Source: Legionella nautarum (GTDB taxonomy: Bacteria > Pseudomonadota > Gammaproteobacteria > Legionellales > Legionellaceae). Taken from it: a stretch of 32,000 nt of DNA. Below, piece after piece: positions 25,000 through 32,000 of the stretch. The notes beneath the pieces are model-generated. The model was not told the origin of the DNA and searched no databases. It worked only from the letters and a program-made list of their open reading frames with translations. A program made the translations under genes and the position numbers. Numbering within the stretch: the first letter of the stretch is position 1; each line of letters opens with the position of its first letter. The DNA is taken from positions 242,519-274,518 of the forward strand of contig NZ_LNYO01000024.1 in assembly GCF_001467895.1 (NCBI RefSeq), read 5' to 3'.

Positions 25000-25404
25000 T
25001 TATTCTAATCCAATTAATTTCTTCGGGCAAAGATAGGCATTACCTAAATTAGTTACATTAGTTTGCTGAGAACCGCCACTCATGAAACCGCCGTGACGAT
25101 CAAATGAACCACTCATTGATCCGGTGACTCCTGCTCGATTAGTTACAAGTTGAATATAATTTGCACCCAATTTCACTGCTTTATTCTTAAGATCATTCAT
25201 CGCACCTTCTTCTAGGTTACGATTAGAAGTAAATCCTCCGGTAAAGAAATTACCCTGGTTACCGACCACTTGACCTAAATATTTGCATCCTTTAGGTACA
25301 GGATTAGGCGAAGCAATGATACGAGCTGCTTGCGGATCAGGTGGAATTGATGCACAACTAGTGAGAATAAGAGTAATCGCAGAGATAGAAAGTAATTTCT
25401 TCAT
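25000..25404 (-). CDS. Lipoprotein (DUF4156-like)
   Basis: MKKLLSISAITLILTSC is a signal peptide with an LTSC lipobox. The mature part has CKYLGQV...NDLKNKAVKLGANYI. The ATG at 25404 is preferred over the GTG at 25437. Confidence 0.8.
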   Translation of the reverse strand: MKKLLSISAITLILTSCASIPPDPQAARIIASPNPVPKGCKYLGQVVGNQGNFFTGGFTSNRNLEEGAMNDLKNKAVKLGANYIQLVTNRAGVTGSMSGSFDRHGGFMSGGSQQTNVTNLGNAYLCPKKLIGLE

Positions 25405-25653
25405 TTTTACAACCTTATTGTTAGATATTTTTTGCACACTAGAATCAAACTAGCACCAAGATATTACTCTATTTTAAGGGCAATAAACAGAAGAGATTGT
25501 TGAATTAAGCCCTTTTAAAACCGTTGGGCTTGGGCTGCCTAACCTTTGATAGGAGCGACCTTACTCGTTTTTGTTGTAACCTTAGCGTACAATAATTCTT
25601 TAACATTGAGAAAGTTAACTAATTTATTGTTATAACTAACTCACCTATAATAA

Positions 25654-26316
25654 TTACTGTTTAATTTTCGGGTTTTTGGCATCGTAGTTTCTGCTTTGTT
25701 CTTCAAGAATATCTATATCATTATTGCAAATATACTGTTTCAGGGAGTTAAATTTTTCTTTATCCCAGGAATAAATACCTAAGTTGAGAATTCTTTGAAT
25801 CACGTTGTCTTCAAACCGTTTTTTAACTGGTATTGCCGGACTGCCCGCCACAATACTGTAAGGTTCAACATCTTTTGTAACGATGCTATTAGAAGCAATA
25901 ATTGCTCCTTCCCCAATTGTAATGCCAGGCATAATTATTGAGCGCATACCGAGCCAAACCCCGTCATTAATGATGGTATCACCCTTCCCTTGATAAGCAT
26001 TGACATAATTATCATCAAAAGGATATAAACAAAACCAATCGACTCGATGATTATGATTCCCTCCTAACATAATAATCGCTTCGGCTGCGATACAAACATA
26101 ATCACCTATGTATAGCTGGTCAATTTCCCATTGTGGTTGCCAGGTTTTTAAACTGAATTCATCCCCATAGAGATATCTCACCACCGTCTCTTCAAAATTT
26201 CCTGACCAGGCATTGCTATAGTAACTATGTGTTCCTTTTATATGGATATTGGGATTCTTTACATGTTCATGAAGGTACTCTACTCGAGACCAATGTTTTT
26301 CTATTGGGTTTATCAT
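25654..26316 (-). CDS. Xenobiotic acyltransferase (XAT) family hexapeptide-repeat protein (type-B chloramphenicol / streptogramin-A acetyltransferase-like)
   Basis: KGTHSYYS ... LYIGDYVCIAAEAIIMLGGNHNHRVDWFCLYPF ... GDTIINDGVWLGMRSIIMPGITIGEGAIIASNSIVTKDVEPYSIVAGSPA..VKKRF. The ATG at 26316 is preferred over the TTG at 26331. Confidence 0.88.
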   Translation of the reverse strand: MINPIEKHWSRVEYLHEHVKNPNIHIKGTHSYYSNAWSGNFEETVVRYLYGDEFSLKTWQPQWEIDQLYIGDYVCIAAEAIIMLGGNHNHRVDWFCLYPFDDNYVNAYQGKGDTIINDGVWLGMRSIIMPGITIGEGAIIASNSIVTKDVEPYSIVAGSPAIPVKKRFEDNVIQRILNLGIYSWDKEKFNSLKQYICNNDIDILEEQSRNYDAKNPKIKQ

Positions 26317-26462
26317 TATTACCGTTCTCAAATGTTATTGAAAATACAGGCCATTTTACCTTGAAAATTAAGGTCTCTAGTCCTTCTCAAAATCATAAAT
26401 ATTTATGCCTGAGATAAGGATCAGAGTGAAGGGCCTGGCCCACCAAATTCAACCGCGTTAAT

Positions 26463-26506
26463 TTGCGAACCTGTTCACACAAAAAAGGTAGAACAGGCTT
26501 TCGCAA
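26463..26506 (-). terminator. Stem-loop 9 nt downstream of the Pmp-repeat gene (possible terminator, no U-tract)
   Basis: ttgcgaacctgttc (26463-26476) pairs with gaacaggctttcgcaa (26491-26506), giving a 14-bp stem with a 2-nt bulge and a 14-nt loop. Confidence 0.4.
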
Positions 26507-26514
26507 GAATGATA

Positions 26515-28743
26515 TTAGGCTGCTTTAACGGGAACTGGACATAAACTGACTGCTACTCCGCCTGGGATATTTGCTGGGTTGTAGACTGAAACATCATCAT
26601 TTATATCCGCTTTATTGCCGGTAAATAAATTTGCAGCAAGACAAGCATTGGCCAGCTCGGTAGCCACAGGTATTCCTACTACCCCCCCTACTAATATCGC
26701 CCCTCCTCGATTAGGATCTGCTGGCGATGCTCCTAATGCAGTATTTGCCGTAAAAGCATTAGAAGAAATCTTTGCGTTTCCAGAAAACTCAACAGCAATT
26801 GCACCTCCTCCAGGCGCCATAGAGCTTACTGAGGAAGCATTATTGGTAAAGCCATTCGCTACTAGATTAAAGAAAAATACAGGCGAAGTAATACCTGCTG
26901 GTACACCTACAATGGCATTATTTGAAAAAATGTTATTTATTATTTGTGATTGTGGGCTTAAGGGAACCCCAAATATAGAATTCCCAAAATTAGAATCAAA
27001 AATTGCCCCACCTTCCAATTGCGCCTTATTAGCAAAAAAAGTACATTGCATGACTGTTGTTGGTATTGAGTCCAAATATATTGCTCCGCCAACACCTCCA
27101 AAGTTGCTGGTAAACTCAGAATTACTAATCAGAGCCTGCGTGCCTGAATTGGGAAGTATTCCGAAAACATTAATACCGCCGCCACCAAATGCTGCGCCCA
27201 AATTATTGGTAAACTTTGAGCTTGTAACAGTTAAAAAATGAGGCGTGCCATCATTAAAAGGCGTGTGGAAAAAAATGGCTCCTCCCCCAAAACCTGTAGC
27301 AGTAGTCTTATTTTGTGTAAAACTGGAGTTAGAAACTGATAAATTACTATTGATAATACCGATAGCTCCGCCGCTAGCATCTGGAACAGGGCCTATCAAT
27401 GCATTATTAGTGAAACTACTGGAGGTAATACTGAGGTTTGCAGCATCTTTAGCCCGAATAGCTCCACCATTACGAAAGGCAGCATTATTGTCAAATTGAC
27501 TTGCATTAATGGTATATGAAGCACCAATCATCGCTGTCAATGCGCCACCACTAGCCCCTGGAAATAAGGATATATTATTTAAAAATCTGGAATTACTTAC
27601 AGTAATTAAAGTCCCAGGCTCTGTTGCTGCTACAGCTCCTCCCCCCGATACTAATACAAGCAGCTCTCCTAACAAGAGCTCTGTCACCGTTGCTCTAGAA
27701 CCATTAGAAGCATTTAGTTCAAAGACTACTCTATTGAGATTAACGGTTGAGCCATACCGTGCCAAAAGGCCGCCACCGGCATCATGAGCATAGTTTAAAC
27801 TCAGGAGTACATTGTTGACTCCTAAAACTCCGCTATCTGGACCATTTGCATACCCACCTCTGACGATCAGGCTATCCAGCTTAACATTTTTAACGCCAGT
27901 GCCCGGCAAAAGATCATCACCAGCTATAAGCACATGCCAAACACGATCATTATCGCTGGCAGGCGTATAGGGAGTGAGGCAATTTGAAGTCATATCACCG
28001 CATAAAATAGTCGGATTCAGCAAGCCATTTCTTTCTTCGCGCCTGGTTTCATTCCCCAGAAACCCTCCAAAAATGGCTGTATTACTTGGTAAGTTAAATG
28101 TTCTGAGTTTAGGTGTGGCGATTCCATAAGAACCCCCAACAACTCCTTGGGGAGCATATATTTTTGAAGGTTTATATACTCCTGTTGCTACCCAGATTTC
28201 AACAGCAATCGTTGAAAATTGAGCCGCTTCTAGCGCGGACTGCAAATTATTAAACGCAGTAGCCCAGCTAGTTCCGTTACCATTTACAAGGTTACTGCCA
28301 TTAACGTAGAGTCTTGTCGCTTCCCCCCTAGTGATATTCAAAATATCTGCTGCATTAGGTTGATAACATTGTAAAGGGTTGCCTTGACTGCATACCACAG
28401 GGCCTCCCGTTACAGTATCCGCTATATCGCTGCCATCGACTTGCAAGACTAAGGTACAGGATTGTTGATAACCCAAGCTAAAAGAGCTACCACAGACCCC
28501 AAAGCCTGAGCTAATCTGGGTAATACCAGGGATCGCTTGCATCACTAAAGTATGTGATTTTTTTGATTGATTAGTTACGAGGTACTTAATGGTGGCCGTT
28601 CCTGTGGGACTTAAGTTAATTTTGGGCGGGAACTGAGGAACTGGCGTAAAGGTCCATAAAGGGACACCCGCCTCTGATACAGTGAAAAAACTCAAACAAA
28701 TTAAACTCAGACCTAATCGAGGCAATAAACGCAATAATTTCAT
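26515..28743 (-). CDS. Secreted beta-helix protein with chlamydial Pmp-type repeats (GGA[IL] / FxxN); no autotransporter barrel
   Basis: Signal peptide MKLLRLLPRLGLSLICLSFFTVSEA. There are 8 GGA[IL] motifs and about 11 FxxN motifs (FLNN, FDNN, FTNN, FTQN, FTSN, FFAN, FSNN, FTAN, FTGN). A Cys-containing ~120-aa N-terminal domain is present. The C-terminus ...VSLCPVPVKAA lacks a terminal aromatic or beta-barrel signature. Confidence 0.8.
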   Translation of the reverse strand: MKLLRLLPRLGLSLICLSFFTVSEAGVPLWTFTPVPQFPPKINLSPTGTATIKYLVTNQSKKSHTLVMQAIPGITQISSGFGVCGSSFSLGYQQSCTLVLQVDGSDIADTVTGGPVVCSQGNPLQCYQPNAADILNITRGEATRLYVNGSNLVNGNGTSWATAFNNLQSALEAAQFSTIAVEIWVATGVYKPSKIYAPQGVVGGSYGIATPKLRTFNLPSNTAIFGGFLGNETRREERNGLLNPTILCGDMTSNCLTPYTPASDNDRVWHVLIAGDDLLPGTGVKNVKLDSLIVRGGYANGPDSGVLGVNNVLLSLNYAHDAGGGLLARYGSTVNLNRVVFELNASNGSRATVTELLLGELLVLVSGGGAVAATEPGTLITVSNSRFLNNISLFPGASGGALTAMIGASYTINASQFDNNAAFRNGGAIRAKDAANLSITSSSFTNNALIGPVPDASGGAIGIINSNLSVSNSSFTQNKTTATGFGGGAIFFHTPFNDGTPHFLTVTSSKFTNNLGAAFGGGGINVFGILPNSGTQALISNSEFTSNFGGVGGAIYLDSIPTTVMQCTFFANKAQLEGGAIFDSNFGNSIFGVPLSPQSQIINNIFSNNAIVGVPAGITSPVFFFNLVANGFTNNASSVSSMAPGGGAIAVEFSGNAKISSNAFTANTALGASPADPNRGGAILVGGVVGIPVATELANACLAANLFTGNKADINDDVSVYNPANIPGGVAVSLCPVPVKAA

Positions 28744-29009
28744 AATGTATCCCTACGCGATATTTCAGGCCGCAAACCATAAACGGTTTTTAGAGGTAAA
28801 AACGGTAAAGGATCTAATCATAGAATGTTATATATATCAATACTGGGATGTGTTAACTATTTAGTCCTATTGCCTGAATGCTGCTGCCACCTGTTGTTGG
28901 AATTTTAGTCTCCCTGTTTAATTAACGGGGCTTGTTCAAGTATTTGGGCGATCTTTTCGTACCGAAATCTTTTGAGCCCGCGAAATAGTCCTGGGGCGTA
29001 GAAAGGTAC

Positions 29010-31472
29010 TTATTCTAGCTCATCCAACCTTAGAAATTGACGAATAGTCCAAAACTCTTTCCATGGATCCGATTTCAATTTTACTAGACGTTGGGGTAAG
29101 GTACGAATGGTATAAAAGGTATCTGCAAAATTATCACTCAGCTCATCCCAACGAAGAGGAGTAGCTACTGGAGCGTGCAATCTGGCGCGAGTTGAAAAAG
29201 GGGCAATAGCTGTGGCGTCCTGCTGATTCCGCAAATAATCAACAAAAATTTTTCCTTTTCGCTTGGCCTTTGCCATTTTGCTAATGTATCTTTCTGGACT
29301 TCTTGTTTCCAAATATTCAGCAAAAATACGAGTAAATTTTTTCACTTCATCCCAATGATATTCAGGCTTTATTGGTATTACGATATGAAGCCCTTTTCCT
29401 CCCGTGGTTTTTACGAACGATCTGAGCTGATACTGGCTTAATTGCTCTCTGATATCAAAAGCTGCCTCAACAACCATTTTCCACTCAACCCCAGGCCCGG
29501 GATCTAAATCAAAAATAAGCATATCAGGGTACTCAAGTTGCTCGATTTTAGAACCCCAAGGATGAATTTCTAATACACCCATTTGCACTAAATTAAGCAA
29601 ACCCGCTTTATTATCCAAATAAATATACTGCTCCACTTTACCTTTTTTATTTGCAACAGGAATGGTATGCAATTTTTTAGCGGATTTATCCATGTGTTTT
29701 TGATAAAAACACTCTTCATAACCAGAAGGACATCGCACTAATGTCAAGGGACGATGACTAATATATGGCAAGATATAATCACTGATTTGATCATAGTAAT
29801 GATAAAGATCTTGCTTGCTAATTTTATCCTCTTTATACAAGATCTTGTCCGGATGAGTCAGCTTCAACGTGTCGGATGAGGATGTGTCAGGTTTAATTGT
29901 TTTTATTGAATTTTCTTTCTCTGCCTTTACTTCTTTTGGTTTTTTATCCATTCGTAATCCTTTAAAACTTGGATGTCTTAATTTCCCATCTTGAGTCCAC
30001 TGTGAAAATTCAACTTCAACAATCAATTTAGGTTCTACCCAGGTTGCAACTTTTGCTTCTGGAGGTACAGTATTAAAAGGATTTTTTTTACTAATTAGCG
30101 GTTTTAATTTTTCATAAACCGCTTTTAAAGACGCTGTGGTAAATCCAGTTCCAACATTGCCAGTAAATATCAGTTCGCCTTTCTCATTAAATACGCCCAA
30201 GTAAAGTGAACCAAAATATTCTCGTGAACGCTTAGGTTTTGAAAATCCGCCCACTACAAATTCTTGTCGCTTCGTACATTTAATTTTCAGCCAGGATTTA
30301 CTACGCTTTCCCGTATAACGACTATCAACGCGTTTTGATACAATACCTTCCAAATTAAAATCGCAAGAGCGTTCCAACATTTCATCACCCTGTCCCACAA
30401 TATGATTGCTATATTTAATAGAGGAAGGCGCTGCTTCCAACAAAGAAGCCAAAATCGATTTGCGTTCAAAGAGTGTTAACGAGCGTAGATCATATTTATC
30501 AAGGTATAAGAGATCGAAAATATAATAATAAAAATGAACTTTTTTTTCTGATTTGAGAGCATTTTGCAATAATTGGAAATTTGAGCGGCTTTTTTTATCC
30601 AAAACGACAATTTCGCCATCAAAAATAGCGTTTGTTAATGGTAGTTTTTGGATATCGGGAATCAAACTTTTAAATTCATTAGTCCAATCTTTTTCATTGC
30701 GAGAAATGAACTGTATTTGCTTTCCCATCTTCATAGCAATCATCCGATAACCATCGAATTTTACCTCATGCAACCACTCATCTCCTAGCGGTGCTTTATC
30801 GACTAAAGTAGCTAATTGGACAGCTATTTTTTTAGGAAATGGGCTAGGCGAACCTAGCTTTGCTTTTAATTTGGAATTGATAAGCTTAGTTTGATAACCT
30901 TTTTTAGTCCAAACCTCATCATATTGAAGACTAATTTCTTCCATGGATTGATGATGAAGCACACTGAGTGATTCTTCTTTAGTAATATCATAATCTTCTT
31001 CTGATTTAGCAAATTGATCCTTGTATTTAATCAAAAACCATTCTTTCTCTTTAAAGCGAATTAAATCCCAACGACCCTGTAATTTTTTAGCATCTAATTC
31101 AAAACGAAGATGTCCTTTTTGATAAGCTTTAACGGGATCGTTATCGAGCGAACGCCACTGACCTTGATCCCATAACATCACCGTACCACCGCCATATTCT
31201 CCTTTGGGAATAATACCTTCAAAGGTTCCATATTCAACAGGATGATCTTCAACATGAATCGCCAAGCGCTTTACTTTAGGATCAAGACAGGGGCCTTTCG
31301 GAACGGCCCAACTTTTAAGAACACCTTCTAATTCCAAACGAAAATCATAATGGAGATGACTTGCTGCATGTTTTTGGATCACAAAAAGGGAGGATTTACT
31401 GTGATCAACCTTTCCCTTCGGTTCAGTTGTTTTTTTAAAATCCCTTTTTTTATGATAGCTATCCAGACTCAT
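29010..31472 (-). CDS. ligD: Multidomain ATP-dependent DNA ligase LigD (phosphoesterase, ligase and polymerase/primase domains)
   Basis: PE domain: FVIQKHAASHLHYDFRLE..VLKSWAVPKGP...GGGTVMLWD. Ligase adenylation motif: EVKFDGYRM. Pol domain: LIFDLDP, GGKGLHIV and KIFVDYLRN. Confidence 0.93.
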   Translation of the reverse strand: MSLDSYHKKRDFKKTTEPKGKVDHSKSSLFVIQKHAASHLHYDFRLELEGVLKSWAVPKGPCLDPKVKRLAIHVEDHPVEYGTFEGIIPKGEYGGGTVMLWDQGQWRSLDNDPVKAYQKGHLRFELDAKKLQGRWDLIRFKEKEWFLIKYKDQFAKSEEDYDITKEESLSVLHHQSMEEISLQYDEVWTKKGYQTKLINSKLKAKLGSPSPFPKKIAVQLATLVDKAPLGDEWLHEVKFDGYRMIAMKMGKQIQFISRNEKDWTNEFKSLIPDIQKLPLTNAIFDGEIVVLDKKSRSNFQLLQNALKSEKKVHFYYYIFDLLYLDKYDLRSLTLFERKSILASLLEAAPSSIKYSNHIVGQGDEMLERSCDFNLEGIVSKRVDSRYTGKRSKSWLKIKCTKRQEFVVGGFSKPKRSREYFGSLYLGVFNEKGELIFTGNVGTGFTTASLKAVYEKLKPLISKKNPFNTVPPEAKVATWVEPKLIVEVEFSQWTQDGKLRHPSFKGLRMDKKPKEVKAEKENSIKTIKPDTSSSDTLKLTHPDKILYKEDKISKQDLYHYYDQISDYILPYISHRPLTLVRCPSGYEECFYQKHMDKSAKKLHTIPVANKKGKVEQYIYLDNKAGLLNLVQMGVLEIHPWGSKIEQLEYPDMLIFDLDPGPGVEWKMVVEAAFDIREQLSQYQLRSFVKTTGGKGLHIVIPIKPEYHWDEVKKFTRIFAEYLETRSPERYISKMAKAKRKGKIFVDYLRNQQDATAIAPFSTRARLHAPVATPLRWDELSDNFADTFYTIRTLPQRLVKLKSDPWKEFWTIRQFLRLDELE

Positions 31473-31620
31473 AAAGTATCCCTAGCACTACGGCATTCTT
31501 GCATAGCGAGGTTCGTTATTTATCGTTGGGTTTGCACCCACTACCACTAGTTTAAACTCCTTTATCAACGTCTGCTAACAAGCCGGGACCTTGAGATAAA
31601 AGCAATCCCTTTAATAATAG

Positions 31621-32000
31621 TTAAGATGAAACTAACTCAGCTAAGCAACGTAGATAATCTCCTGCGATGTCTATCTTGGTTTCTGCGGCGATTTCGCAAA
31701 TACAAGTTGGGCTAGTCACATTAATTTCAGTCAAATAATTACCTATAACGTCAATGCCAACAAAGTATAGTCCCATCGATCTAAGGGTCGGGGCAATCTG
31801 CTGACATAGCCAGCGGTCGCGGTCGGTAATAGCTACCACTTCACCATGAGCACCCGCAGCAAGATTACCTCGCAGTTCGCCTTTGGCAGGAATGCGGGCC
31901 AAAGCATAGGGAACTGGCTCGCCATTGATTAATAAGATACGTTTATCACCTAAACTGCTAATTTCAGGAATATATTGCTGCGCCATGATGCTAACAGTTT
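31621..32000 (-). CDS. gshB: Glutathione synthetase, C-terminal ATP-grasp part (5' end beyond the window)
   Basis: GDKRILLINGEPVPYALARIPAKGELRGNLAAGA...YFVGIDVIGNYLTEINVTSPTCI is near-collinear with E. coli GshB. The ORF is open to the window edge. Confidence 0.93.
   Translation of the reverse strand, partial: TVSIMAQQYIPEISSLGDKRILLINGEPVPYALARIPAKGELRGNLAAGAHGEVVAITDRDRWLCQQIAPTLRSMGLYFVGIDVIGNYLTEINVTSPTCICEIAAETKIDIAGDYLRCLAELVSS

Noticed and set aside
26615-27787. Three plus-strand ORFs (208, 84 and 92 aa) antisense to the Pmp-repeat gene
   Set aside because: They are Pro/Ala-rich mirror images of the Gly/Ala-rich GGN/GCN repeat codons on the other strand. They have no RBS and no independent motifs, so they are shadow ORFs.
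28890-28935. Imperfect palindrome ccctgtttaattaacgggg downstream of ligD, considered as a terminator
   Set aside because: The stem is only ~7 bp and includes a G-U pair. There is no U-tract on the relevant strand. The evidence is too weak to annotate.
1-32000. Scan for CRISPR arrays, tRNA/rRNA/tmRNA genes, and retron or defence-system signatures
   Set aside because: No spaced direct-repeat arrays were seen. No tRNA-like GGTTCGAATCC-type arms or cloverleaf candidates were seen. There are no reverse transcriptase, nuclease-NTPase or other defence-type ORFs. The scan was by eye only.

Overview
AT-rich gammaproteobacterial chromosomal segment that looks Legionella-like. This is inferred from an ankyrin-repeat protein, a giant HD/PDE-type multidomain protein and overall composition. 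No database search was run, and all domain calls are by-eye motif recognition. Nearly all genes are on the minus strand.

Four blocks:
(1) 1-8.5 kb is an accessory, effector-like islet. It holds a tandem-repeat protein cut by an in-frame TGA, an ANK/coiled-coil protein, a 1127-aa HD-domain protein, an intact IS4-family element with a 9-bp target duplication, and an acidic-repeat protein.
(2) 8.6-22.3 kb starts with a cytochrome bd subunit I gene that has no subunit II. A ~12-kb photoreactivation / photo-oxidative-stress supercluster follows. Its genes, in coordinate order, are an FeS-BCP (6-4)-type photolyase, an atypical SDR, and a translationally coupled operon (listed 5' to 3': FAD-oxidoreductase, DUF1365, CFA-synthase-like, DUF2878, DUF1295). 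Then come MAPEG, TspO, an NAD-binding protein, a class I CPD photolyase and a co-directional LysR regulator.
(3) 22.3-29 kb is mixed accessory DNA: a perfect 21-bp hairpin, an internally deleted IS481-like element, DUF883 plus a phasin-like pair, a CMD-family protein, a lipoprotein, an XAT acetyltransferase, and a signal-peptide protein packed with chlamydial Pmp-type GGA[IL]/FxxN repeats but lacking a beta-barrel.
(4) 29-32 kb holds a three-domain LigD without adjacent Ku, and the 3' part of gshB.

No rRNA, tRNA or CRISPR array was seen.

The best candidates for new biology are the photo-oxidative lipid-remodelling supercluster, which lacks any canonical light regulator, the HD/PDE-like giant protein, the barrel-less Pmp-repeat protein, and the repeat protein interrupted by a stop codon.
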